64,000 nucleotides of DNA from Candidatus Poribacteria bacterium (GTDB lineage Bacteria > Poribacteria > WGA-4E > WGA-3G): positions 1,568,001-1,632,000 of the forward strand of contig OZ219753.1 of NCBI GenBank assembly GCA_964291315.2, in the 5' to 3' direction. Position numbers and translations under genes: made by a program. Each line of letters starts with the position of its first letter. Positions within the stretch are counted from its first letter, which is position 1. Positions 50,303 through 60,516 of this stretch are shown one piece after another. The notes under the pieces were generated by a model, which saw only the letters and a program-made list of their open reading frames with translations, did not search any database and was not told the DNA's origin.

Positions 50303-53300
50303 GCATTCGGCGATCGCGGCAAAATTCCCTTCGGAATCAATTAGTACGACATCGGCCCTGCGGTGAGCAACTCCCATCTGAATTTGGTATTCCTTTACTG
50401 TGGAAAATCCTTCTTGTTTGAGCTCAGAAAAGTAAGACTCAACGACCTCTACTACTTGAGGTTCGCCTGCAGCACCCACTGCCGTCTCCACACCCGCTAC
50501 CTGCTCAGCGAAACGCGTCGCGATCCTACCTCTTATATCGTCGAACATCACATCCTGTAAAGCAGGCTCTATCGCCCGATAAAAAGCAGGAGCATTTTCA
50601 CGATTCGCTAATTTCTGAAGAATAACCTTCTGGAGAGCATCATATGCGGAAGACGCGAGGACAAAGTTTGTATTGTAATCAATCCCTTGAGGCACTGTAC
50701 CGGGTTCCGCACGGAAGAGGTCTATATTCTCAATCATATCATAATCTGCGGGGTCTAATTCTTCCGTCATCGCCTCTATCTGCTCAGCGGCATCCGTATC
50801 TCGCTGTTCTAATAACGGCATTTCAACCTGCCATTGTCCGTTGCCGACCTGTCGGACAGACACTCGCAGGTCATCCGTAATCTGATATATTGTTTCCCCA
50901 CTACTGAGTTCTTTAACACGGATATGTCCCCGGTGGACAGGGTTCAACCATGCGGAAAGCGTTGCGTAGTTCGCCTGTGCGAAGCTTTCAACGATACGCG
51001 GGAGCCGCTCTATCCGTGTCCCCTCTCCGTCCGTGCTATTTTCTACCTCTAAACTAAAGATAACCCTGTTTTGTCTACTTATACGCATCCGTGGCTCTAC
51101 GACCAACAAAATCTCTTCCCGAGGCCCCACAGCCTCCTGCGTCTCTGTCGCGGGAGAGCCCTCTATCGCCTGAGAGACCGCATTAATACGAATAAAGGGA
51201 TTGTTTGTAACCCGATAGGACGCACGGACTGCCCGGTGTTCTGTACCATCTACATCTACTGTGACCCCTTCTGCTTGGGTCTGTTCAGCAATAGGAGACG
51301 CGCCAGCAATCTCTTCCCTACGCGCACGAAGTTCCTGAGCGAGAGCTGTATCTGAAATTGTAACAGAATGTGTAAGCGAAGCGGTATCAAATGTCTCAGG
51401 ATCGAGCGTAAGACTATCTGCTACATGCTCCCTGCCCCCTTCACGCGTCTTGAGCACTGTGTTCAAAACATTCTGCGATTTTCGTCTCTGTCCACGAATT
51501 ACAGCAGGACGATAAGGAGCGTCCTTGAAATACTCCCCTTGCAACCGCCAGATAGCGTCCTTGACATCCCGTATCGCGATAGGATAGCTGCGCGTAATCC
51601 GTCGCATCTGTGATTCTAGAGAATCCACGACCTCTCGCAACGACTTTCGTAACACATCATTAGAGACATGCGTATCAATCGCATTTAAGAGAGCCTCCCG
51701 ACCTACAGGGCTCCCCTCCCCTACTTTAGGGAAGACCAAACGACGGATGCCCCAGCGATTGTAGACCTTCTGTACTTCCTCCGAACCCGATCTTGCGATT
51801 TCTACCTCTAAAGATTTTAGTAACCGTCTATAATTAGAAACCGAAGTTTCTAGCCCATTCTGCAGTGCCCGTTGCTGATCCACAAGTTCTTGAAGATTCT
51901 CAAGCACAGTCGCCCGTGTCTCTGCATCCAACTCATCTTTCAATTCATTGCGGTACCCCTCCATCCTGCGATCCGAGAGCGGAGGCTCTACATCAAACGC
52001 ATTTTCTACAAAATATTCAACCGTTACATTCTTTTCGAAGAAGCGGTCTTTATTAGAGTGATCAGCGAAGCGGTGGAATGTCTCTATAGCAGAAAGTGCA
52101 GCTGAATCAAAAGCGTTCGCAAGTATCTCTGCCTCGCCACTCTCACCCATATATCCTTCATCTTCATAAAAGGCTAATACGAGAGGGTCCATGTAAGAGC
52201 GAGCCGTACTCCGCTTCTTAAATCCTGAAGCGTTAATATCTCGGATCGTTAAACTCGCACCTGAGGCAGCGTGTGTCACCGAAGCGATAAAGGTATCAGG
52301 AGCAGATTGAGCAATCGCAATACGGAGCCCCGTCCCTGATTCATAAACACGCACACCATTAACAAAGCCTGTGGATTGCATAGCATCATTGCGATTCGGG
52401 ACACGCAATGCGACACCATCGGGCGTAAGCCCTGTAGATGACTGAGCGAGGGTGGATTGCCCCGATTGCACCATCTGCTCGTTGAAAGCCTTCACACCTT
52501 GAAGGAAACGCGTGTGACGCGCCTCTAGTTCCTGTGCGATAGCACTCTCAGACTCAGCGGTCTCTATGAAATTCGAACGAGAGATCTCTATATCGACACG
52601 GAAATGATGCTGGATACCCTCGGGGACAGGGGAGTAGTAAGCCCCCGCGAGGAACCTTATTGGTTCCATATCCCGATAAAGTTGTTCTAGCGTAGAGAGG
52701 ATATAAGACTCAGAAACCCCGTCAACTAAAATCCAAGGCGTTGTTCTACGGAGATATGCCCGTTGTGCTTGTATCGCAGCCTTGCGTTCATTATCTATCT
52801 CTGTCGCTTCCCGCGAAGATTCCCCTGGTGTCTCTGACTGTATGTCTACAGGGAGTTCACTTGTCTGCCGTCTGTGCTCAAAGCCACGTAGTGGTTCCGC
52901 TTCAAAAGTTGTCGGGTCCGGTACCCAAGCATCCGCCTCTCTTCTGACATAAATTCCGCGTTCGGTATCGAAAAAGGCGACACGCCTAAACTTCTCAGCG
53001 TTCACTGGGCTCCGTGCGGGAGATGGGAAATTCGCCTGAGACGGGTCATCCGCACGGTCTGTTAGCAACAGATGCATCTCTATGGGTTCGCCTTCTATCG
53101 CATATCTCTGAATATGGTCTACAGGAGGCGTATCCTTACCCGCATAATACTGCGTATCTTCAATATCTCTAGGTAGCCGGCGGACGGGGCCTGTATAGCG
53201 AGCATATGTTCGTGTCGGTCTCCGATCCAAAGCAGCGCGGACTTCTAGAGGTTCTAAATCATCATCAGTATCCGTCTCCGCGGCATCACGCTCCTCAAAT

Positions 53301-56300
53301 TCCTTCACAAAGGCAAGTTGTCGCTCTAACGCAATATCCGTTATCACCACCCGCGTCTCTCTGCGTCGCTCCGGCTCCCAGTTGCCATTTCTATAAACTT
53401 CTAAAACCGCAGCACGTTCTATTGCGGGGAAGCGAACACGCCTTTCATCACTAATTTCCCATACAACATCATCATTGACTTCCCTGCGTATATTGTAATT
53501 CCCAAAACTACCCGCTTCAATCATACGTCGCATGTGCCCGCGTACCGTATTTACGAACTTCCTGCCCACATATTCCCATAAAGACCGAGCATCTGCGTAA
53601 TCTATCTCTTCAAGCACGACACCATTATAGAAAACCTTTGCGACACCACTCCCCTCAAGGAACTCAACCACATACCCCTGGTATTCCTGATGCACATACC
53701 TACGGACAACAGGATTGTCATAATGCTGTTCCACCCAGTTTTTATCTGTTGGTGTCCATGTATTTTGAGCCTCTAATCGTCTCCTGAGTAGGCTCGGGAC
53801 TGCCCATCTGAGTTGAGCTACCGTGCGTTGAGCATCAAGAGAGTCCATCACTTCCCTATTGACCACATCAACTAAAGCCTCATATACATCGAGCCGAGTG
53901 TAGAGCGGAGTTTCTGAAGCGAACACAGCCGTCTCTATCGCTTGCGTCAACTCTGCACCAAACACGAACGCAATATCCCTTGACCAATCCTTCCAATCTT
54001 CTATAAGAATGTTATTAGGGTCAGTATCTGCTTCCCGCCAGCCAGTAATAGTAGGCGGTTTCCCTTCTTGAACCTCAACACGTTGTCCGAAGGGACGTAC
54101 TTTCGGGAGATTCCATCCCTTTTCAGCCGCAACTTCACGTTGAGACCAAAGGATGTATGAGATCGCTTCATGCGGAGAACGTGGTTGTCCGTCTGGTGTC
54201 TCTATAGCGACAGCCACTGCGGGGACAGGTGTCCCATTTGCGTCGCGGAAGACAGGAACCGATTCATCCCCACGGAAGGCATCTATCCTATATCTGAAGC
54301 CCGATTCTGTGGGTACCACCTGAACAGTAAAAGTATAGTCAGGCGACTCAACAACACCATCTGCCCCTAAATCAAAAGCGACAGTATCCCCTAGTTCAAA
54401 TCGCCAGGCACCCTGACCCCCCATATCTATCGCGGCAAGCTGGAGCGGGATATTCCCTGATAAAGAGAAACCATCTCGCATCACCATTGCGATAGGAGCA
54501 ATCGCCCTTCGCAACGCATCTGTTGTATTCAGCGGGCCTGTTTGCCAGTTCGTGACAAACACTTTATCACTTATCGTCCCATCTTTCCGGTTCTCAATTG
54601 TCACCTCACCCTTCTCACCCTTCTTGAATCGGATAGTTAAGTCAGAGCCGAGCATCGCGACCTGTACTTCTGTATCAGAGTCCTGGATCACCTCAAACTG
54701 TGTCCCCTTTGTCCTATCTATGTAAAAACGTGTAGACTCCCGTTTTGTGCCATCCGCATCCGTCTCCTCCATAGAAGCAACCGCCATCCGCAACTGCGTT
54801 GAGGGACGACGAAATACCTGCTTTTTATCAGGAATAACGACATATTCGTGCATCGCAGACGCAGGTACCAGTTTCCCCGTATTCGTCAACACTATATCTG
54901 AACGGGGACGCTCACCCGCTAACGTCTCTAGATTCTTTTGAAACGCAGAGAGCGGTAAATTGGTAAGAACGACACCTTTCAACTTAAATGCGTCTAGACC
55001 TCGGAGTTCTACAAAAGCCGATTGTAATGTATTGAGGAGCTGCTTTAAGGCGACACCCTCAGGCTCCCAAAGCGACATCATAGAGAAATTTTCATTTTTA
55101 GACGTAAACGTTTCAAGGTCTGCTGCGAGCTGCATCAACCGGTTCTGCTTAACCGTGTCTTCCGTATTCCCCGCGAGACGCTTGAGCATATGAGCCGTAT
55201 CCCCCGCCATATCTGAAAGCCCCGCACCCCGTCGCTCACCCGTTGCTCGCCATTTCCCATCAGGCCCCTTCTTCTTCACCTCTGCTGTAGCGGGTATAGA
55301 CCCATCATTCCAGAGGGCATCAAACCCATTTTCAGGAGCATTTATGACCATTTCATATGTATCAAACCATTGCGGAGCATAAATCTCATCTATCTGCGAC
55401 TCCCGTGGCACACCTGTTGCAGCGACCCGTCCTGCGAGAGACCGTATCTGAGCCTTAGGCGAACGCGGGTCTTCTACTACACCCTCACCGTCATCCTCCG
55501 TATCCTCATCTGCGTCAGGCGGGCGTTCCCCCGCTTCTATGATCTCTTCATCCGTCGCTGTATCCGGTTCCTCTGCTTCCGCTTGATCTTGTGCGAAGTC
55601 AGGATTATCTAAATCTATATCATCCATAGAGCCGACACCCTGGTTCGTAATCTCAGACAACAGCACAGTCTGTATCGTTTCTGGCGAATACTCCACCGTC
55701 TGCGGTACCGGGACAGATGTAATATGAGGCGTGAGACGCTGCATCTCTCTACGGATTGACTTGAGATAATTTTCCACCTGCGTCAAGATGTTTGGAGGGT
55801 CAGGGAGCCGCAACACGAACTGACGCACCGCTGCGATCTCCGCTTCTGTCGGACGAGCATCCGTACGGGACGTTTGATACCGAGTAATAAAAGACTTAAC
55901 TAAATCCCATTGCTGTTGCTTTTCTTTTATAGTGTAGCCTTTAAAGACAAGATCCGCGACAGAGAGGTCTTCAAGCTCTACAGGCGTTCCGAACGAGACA
56001 CGTTCTGTATCTCCTCTAACATCTGTTCTCCACAGATGCGGAGTTACCCACAGATATTCATAAAGTGCTTCATTCTCAGAGTCCCAGCCTTGCGAGAAAT
56101 CTGACCATGGCATTTGGAGCCGAATATTCAACGGGAAAGACAACGGCAAACGCAGGCCTTTATTCTGTGGCGTGACGACAGAGAGATATTTACCACTTAC
56201 AGAGAGACGTACCTCTATATCCCTGAAATTCCCTAAATAATAATGATATACCTGCTTTTCTGTCAGAACAGGGATTGAGGCGTAAGGAACATTCTCTTCC

Positions 56301-59300
56301 TGCCAGCTGAACGTCTGGTCTTCATCACGCGTATGGTGTTGCTCCCCTACCTTCGCGTACTCACCCCGTGTTACAATATCCTGTGGCGGTGCGAGACCAC
56401 CTTGTTCTGTATCTCGGGATGCGAGATTTACGACACGATACTTTAGATTACCACGACGCTTCACCGGTATCAGAGGATCGTTCGGGTGTGATTCTACGGA
56501 ATCAACAGAGCTATCCCCATAGATACCTGGATTTACAACACCGGGAGCGAGCGAACGGAAGAGATGCTCTACAGCGACAGGGAAGTCCTCACTACCAAAA
56601 ACGAGCCCCGCATATGCTTCCCGAGTTCCTAATTCGGAAGGGAACGCTGTCCGCATCCCAAGTTCTGCGGCACCTTCTGTCATTTCTGTCTCTAGTTGCA
56701 ACAGGTCTGCTTCTTGCGTCCGAGGCGTAGTGAGTTTCCACTCCACACTATCCTCAGGCCCCCTTCGCAAAATAAGTTCAAAGCCGGGATAATGCGCGTG
56801 TCTATAGATAACCTGTTGTACCGTCCCTTCCGTATCTGCTTTTAAATCTACAAGTGCGAGAGCACCCGCTGCCTTAGGAGCATACATAGACATCGCTTTT
56901 GTCACACGAACCTCACTCCGTCCGGCAATAGGGTCAGGCGGTGGAGCGGGAACTTCTCTCGCAATCCCTACAGGGTCAAACACCTCTGTGAGACCACCGG
57001 GCTGGATGTCTACCACACGCATCCCTAGCACATCGTGCATAATCTCGCCAAGAATAGAGCGGTGCGAGGCACGAGATTCACGTTCTAACGCCCCGAACGC
57101 AATCGCACTCTCTCCCAAAGCCTCCCCGGCGATATGAAGACGGATCGTGTCTTTAAGAAACATCCCGAGGTCTTTCTGTGTTTTCCGTAGATAGTTATGA
57201 TACGCAGCAGTAAAAGCAGGGTCAAGCCCACCCCTTCGGAGACGGTCATTTGTGCGCGTAATCCCTGAAAGTCTATCTATAATCAACTGATAGGCGTGGT
57301 CATTTTGAGAAGGCGTGAATTCGTGAGCTGCGACATACTTTATATCTGTATCCCTAAAAGATTCCCGCAGACGTTCTGCGTGAGACCAAGAATCTTCAAG
57401 AGCGTTTGTCTGTGGATTGCGTTGCCTGTCCCACATCGTCATCCGCACATCCACGAACACTTTAACACCAGAGGCTTTCAAATCCCTGTAGAATGTTTCA
57501 AAGTTTTCATAGTTACGGAGACCTATCAATCCCCCTGTAACAGTCCGTTCCGCTTCATCTAACGGAGTGACATATTCAAACTCAGAAGATGTTGTAGGTG
57601 CGGGGTGTCGTGCTGCGAGCAGGCGGTTGAGTATACGAAGTTCCGCAGAAGCACGGAGGGCCGCACTTTGTGTCGGTATCGCTCCCTCTTTTGTCAACTG
57701 GCTCTGAATCTCTCCGATACGATCCTGTAGTTGTCCTTCTGTCCAGTCCGCTGTTTTTGTTTCAAATTCCTGGTACGCTTTTTCTGCGAAAGCAGAAGTG
57801 GGATGTGTAAGTGTCGCGACCTCTTTGAGTGCTTTTAGGAGATTCTTTCCATCCCAAAGATATGTTGTTTCAATCTTCCCCGTCCGTTTATTTTGATACT
57901 CCCCTTTTTTGACCAGCGGGCTAGACTTTGTATTCTTGAGAACAATCACGCCAGGGAGTGTCGCGAGGTACTCGCTCCCTTCAAGTGGAGAACCGAAAAG
58001 AGCAGGGTCAAGGATAACAACAGGGCGGCCCGCTTGCAAGGATTTTAGAGCCGTATCTACTGCCTGGTCATTCTCTTTATGGCTCGCGTGTGTAATGAAA
58101 GTCACGTGGCTAAGAGACGCGATAAGAGCATTCTTCTGAAAGTTGTTCCTCTGATATGGCGATCTCCCTGTTGCCGTTGTCACCTCGTTGGCATCATAGC
58201 CTGTCGGATGCATAGAGATAGCACCCGCATTTACTCCATCAATTTCAGGCACATTCGGCTGATACTGAGCCGTTCGGCTAAAAGGCGTAGCACGCCTCTC
58301 TATCCCGCCGGGCATTGCGACCAGCACATTCGCCCGCTTCTGTTTTGTAACAGCTTTCACCACTTCACGCCCTGTGCCAAAGGTGCCATCTGTGACAGCA
58401 ATCTCCTCATTCAGTGCGGTAGCAAGTGCAGCCGCTGCATTAGCACCTTCTCCCTGTGCTTTATTATAGGCATCTATTCGCTCTTCAACCGCTTGATCCC
58501 ATTCTGAAGCATCCGTGATCCATCCGAGGCGAGTCGCAACATCTATCTTCTTCTGCCGCGTCTGCTCTTCTGTCTCTCCCATAGAAGAAAACGAGCTGTT
58601 ATTACGCTGAGAGCCTGCTATTCCGAAGGTCAGATTACCTTGAGCCGCTTTATTAAGAATCATCTCCGCAGTATTGTGGAGATAGAGCGACCTTATATCT
58701 ATCCCGAGAGCGTCAGCCGCGGACTGCATCCGTGGCGGTAAATCCGCAAAAGGCATTTGTCCCGCAGGTTCAGCGTCTGCGGGTGTCGGCACAGGTATTT
58801 TTCCATCTTTGAGCTGCTGCCGTATTTGCATCAAATGTCGGCCAAGTAGGTTCTCTCCCTTGACACCTTGCGGAGTTATATTCACACCCCAAACGGGTTT
58901 CGCGTTACTGATCGTCTCCCGGTCGGTGCTAATCGGTTCTACAAAAAGCAAACGACGGTCACCTGTTGCGAGGAGCCAGTCTGCGAGTGTCCTCGCCTCA
59001 CGAGCATCAAACTTGTAAAGCTGGGGAGACGCATATTTCGCAAGCAACGCTTCACGCATCAACGAACTCCTGCGTTGCACCCAGGCTGCGGTCTGTTCAG
59101 GCGTAAGTTCAGACTCATATTTATTCGCAATCTTCCACGCCTCTTCTGCGGTGTTTGCTCTACGGATACCTTCTGAGACAGGTATCTGTTGCCGTTTACC
59201 ATCACGAGCCCGTACCCACCACATCTTTAAGCCGCTGTTCGCAAACTTCATAGAGAGCATATAATGCTCAACAGAGGTATAACGTTGTCCGCCTATCTTT

Positions 59301-60367
59301 GGATAATCCGCAAAAAAAGTAGATAACGCGCGGAACGGGCCACGGAGCGATTCATAATTAAAATAGAGCGTATTGTTAACACTCCCCGCAGCTTCTTCCT
59401 CCGCGTCCACATCTAATCCCGCTTCATATTCCTGAAACTGCTCTAACCCCTCTTGGAACAGAGCCACTGTTTGCTGTAATTCTCGGAGCGTTTCTGCCTC
59501 TGTCTCTGTCCGCACATCCTTCGCTTCAAGTTCCGCAATATCCTCTTTTAAGTCTGCGATAGCTTTTTCAACATTCGAAACACTTAACTCCCCATCCTGC
59601 AATGCTTCAAACACTTCATTCTCTTGTCCGAAGGGAGAACCGAGGGTTTCCCAGCCATCGTCATCCGTATCCGCTTGTGCCTGTGCTTCACGTCGTTGCC
59701 GTATCCTGTCAAGGATTTTATTCGCTGCAGCATCACTTGTCCTTATCTTCGCAGTCTCTGGTATCTCTCGTTCTTCTTCTTCTGCTTCAGGCTCTCCGGG
59801 TTCTTTTATCGGCAGTTCTTCTTCCTGTTGCTGGGTTTCCTGCTCCTGTTCTTCTTCCTGCTCAGGCTCAGGCTCCGGTTCTGGTTCAGTTCTACGAGCA
59901 TATCGGGTCTGTCCCCCCTCTCTGCTACTATCTATTTCGTCAAAGAGGTTATCAACCGCCGTGATCAACGCTCGGAGTTCCAGCCATTGCGACAATCCCT
60001 CTGAGAAATAAGCCAGCTTTTCATGAGCCTTTCGAAGGTCTTTCACCTCTGCTTCGGTTAGCCCCGATTTCGCTTCGAGTTCCACAATCGTAGCTTCAAT
60101 CTGCGCTTTTCCTTCTTCAACCACAGCAACCGGCAGACCATCGCGGAGCGCACCAAACACTATATTTCCATCAGCAGCCTCTTCTCCAAACGATGACGTG
60201 AGTACGGTTGCTTCCTCTTCCACCTGATAGAGCGGGTGCGGTGGGCTTTCTTCTATTGCTGTATCGCCAACGAGTTCTGTTGTCTCATTGGTTTCTGATA
60301 CTCTTGAATAGCAGACATCTCGTCCGTCTCTCTCGCTGCTAATAAATCCTTTTTTCCGAGTTGACAC
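50285..60367 (-). CDS. Giant 3360-aa polyvalent-type protein (NADAR + DprA/SMF + DUF488 + unknown regions + truncated HsdR-N-like nuclease)
   Basis: 10-kb uninterrupted ORF with RBS GAGGAGG; NADAR at about 58805-59370, DprA-like at about 57940-58635, DUF488-like at about 57005-57545, nuclease half at 50303-50464. Confidence 0.8.
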   Translation of the reverse strand: MSTRKKGFISSERDGRDVCYSRVSETNETTELVGDTAIEESPPHPLYQVEEEATVLTSSFGEEAADGNIVFGALRDGLPVAVVEEGKAQIEATIVELEAKSGLTEAEVKDLRKAHEKLAYFSEGLSQWLELRALITAVDNLFDEIDSSREGGQTRYARRTEPEPEPEPEQEEEQEQETQQQEEELPIKEPGEPEAEEEEREIPETAKIRTSDAAANKILDRIRQRREAQAQADTDDDGWETLGSPFGQENEVFEALQDGELSVSNVEKAIADLKEDIAELEAKDVRTETEAETLRELQQTVALFQEGLEQFQEYEAGLDVDAEEEAAGSVNNTLYFNYESLRGPFRALSTFFADYPKIGGQRYTSVEHYMLSMKFANSGLKMWWVRARDGKRQQIPVSEGIRRANTAEEAWKIANKYESELTPEQTAAWVQRRSSLMREALLAKYASPQLYKFDAREARTLADWLLATGDRRLLFVEPISTDRETISNAKPVWGVNITPQGVKGENLLGRHLMQIRQQLKDGKIPVPTPADAEPAGQMPFADLPPRMQSAADALGIDIRSLYLHNTAEMILNKAAQGNLTFGIAGSQRNNSSFSSMGETEEQTRQKKIDVATRLGWITDASEWDQAVEERIDAYNKAQGEGANAAAALATALNEEIAVTDGTFGTGREVVKAVTKQKRANVLVAMPGGIERRATPFSRTAQYQPNVPEIDGVNAGAISMHPTGYDANEVTTATGRSPYQRNNFQKNALIASLSHVTFITHASHKENDQAVDTALKSLQAGRPVVILDPALFGSPLEGSEYLATLPGVIVLKNTKSSPLVKKGEYQNKRTGKIETTYLWDGKNLLKALKEVATLTHPTSAFAEKAYQEFETKTADWTEGQLQDRIGEIQSQLTKEGAIPTQSAALRASAELRILNRLLAARHPAPTTSSEFEYVTPLDEAERTVTGGLIGLRNYENFETFYRDLKASGVKVFVDVRMTMWDRQRNPQTNALEDSWSHAERLRESFRDTDIKYVAAHEFTPSQNDHAYQLIIDRLSGITRTNDRLRRGGLDPAFTAAYHNYLRKTQKDLGMFLKDTIRLHIAGEALGESAIAFGALERESRASHRSILGEIMHDVLGMRVVDIQPGGLTEVFDPVGIAREVPAPPPDPIAGRSEVRVTKAMSMYAPKAAGALALVDLKADTEGTVQQVIYRHAHYPGFELILRRGPEDSVEWKLTTPRTQEADLLQLETEMTEGAAELGMRTAFPSELGTREAYAGLVFGSEDFPVAVEHLFRSLAPGVVNPGIYGDSSVDSVESHPNDPLIPVKRRGNLKYRVVNLASRDTEQGGLAPPQDIVTRGEYAKVGEQHHTRDEDQTFSWQEENVPYASIPVLTEKQVYHYYLGNFRDIEVRLSVSGKYLSVVTPQNKGLRLPLSFPLNIRLQMPWSDFSQGWDSENEALYEYLWVTPHLWRTDVRGDTERVSFGTPVELEDLSVADLVFKGYTIKEKQQQWDLVKSFITRYQTSRTDARPTEAEIAAVRQFVLRLPDPPNILTQVENYLKSIRREMQRLTPHITSVPVPQTVEYSPETIQTVLLSEITNQGVGSMDDIDLDNPDFAQDQAEAEEPDTATDEEIIEAGERPPDADEDTEDDGEGVVEDPRSPKAQIRSLAGRVAATGVPRESQIDEIYAPQWFDTYEMVINAPENGFDALWNDGSIPATAEVKKKGPDGKWRATGERRGAGLSDMAGDTAHMLKRLAGNTEDTVKQNRLMQLAADLETFTSKNENFSMMSLWEPEGVALKQLLNTLQSAFVELRGLDAFKLKGVVLTNLPLSAFQKNLETLAGERPRSDIVLTNTGKLVPASAMHEYVVIPDKKQVFRRPSTQLRMAVASMEETDADGTKRESTRFYIDRTKGTQFEVIQDSDTEVQVAMLGSDLTIRFKKGEKGEVTIENRKDGTISDKVFVTNWQTGPLNTTDALRRAIAPIAMVMRDGFSLSGNIPLQLAAIDMGGQGAWRFELGDTVAFDLGADGVVESPDYTFTVQVVPTESGFRYRIDAFRGDESVPVFRDANGTPVPAVAVAIETPDGQPRSPHEAISYILWSQREVAAEKGWNLPKVRPFGQRVEVQEGKPPTITGWREADTDPNNILIEDWKDWSRDIAFVFGAELTQAIETAVFASETPLYTRLDVYEALVDVVNREVMDSLDAQRTVAQLRWAVPSLLRRRLEAQNTWTPTDKNWVEQHYDNPVVRRYVHQEYQGYVVEFLEGSGVAKVFYNGVVLEEIDYADARSLWEYVGRKFVNTVRGHMRRMIEAGSFGNYNIRREVNDDVVWEISDERRVRFPAIERAAVLEVYRNGNWEPERRRETRVVITDIALERQLAFVKEFEERDAAETDTDDDLEPLEVRAALDRRPTRTYARYTGPVRRLPRDIEDTQYYAGKDTPPVDHIQRYAIEGEPIEMHLLLTDRADDPSQANFPSPARSPVNAEKFRRVAFFDTERGIYVRREADAWVPDPTTFEAEPLRGFEHRRQTSELPVDIQSETPGESSREATEIDNERKAAIQAQRAYLRRTTPWILVDGVSESYILSTLEQLYRDMEPIRFLAGAYYSPVPEGIQHHFRVDIEISRSNFIETAESESAIAQELEARHTRFLQGVKAFNEQMVQSGQSTLAQSSTGLTPDGVALRVPNRNDAMQSTGFVNGVRVYESGTGLRIAIAQSAPDTFIASVTHAASGASLTIRDINASGFKKRSTARSYMDPLVLAFYEDEGYMGESGEAEILANAFDSAALSAIETFHRFADHSNKDRFFEKNVTVEYFVENAFDVEPPLSDRRMEGYRNELKDELDAETRATVLENLQELVDQQRALQNGLETSVSNYRRLLKSLEVEIARSGSEEVQKVYNRWGIRRLVFPKVGEGSPVGREALLNAIDTHVSNDVLRKSLREVVDSLESQMRRITRSYPIAIRDVKDAIWRLQGEYFKDAPYRPAVIRGQRRKSQNVLNTVLKTREGGREHVADSLTLDPETFDTASLTHSVTISDTALAQELRARREEIAGASPIAEQTQAEGVTVDVDGTEHRAVRASYRVTNNPFIRINAVSQAIEGSPATETQEAVGPREEILLVVEPRMRISRQNRVIFSLEVENSTDGEGTRIERLPRIVESFAQANYATLSAWLNPVHRGHIRVKELSSGETIYQITDDLRVSVRQVGNGQWQVEMPLLEQRDTDAAEQIEAMTEELDPADYDMIENIDLFRAEPGTVPQGIDYNTNFVLASSAYDALQKVILQKLANRENAPAFYRAIEPALQDVMFDDIRGRIATRFAEQVAGVETAVGAAGEPQVVEVVESYFSELKQEGFSTVKEYQIQMGVAHRRADVVLIDSEGNFAAIAECTCISR

Positions 60368-60516
60368 GTGTACCTCCTCACTCTATATTATTTTATACAA
60401 AAAACGTTCAAAAGAGAGAAAATAACCTCAGAAGAGATATTACTCCTCTTGGTGAAAATAGGAGCCCATTGAAGACATTTTCAGTGGCGACTTTCAAGTA
60501 GCTACGGTTCTCCGAA

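Noticed and set aside
50285-60367. Complete prophage or ICE
   Set aside because: No structural, conjugation, replication or recombinase genes, and no att-like repeats other than the internal duplication.
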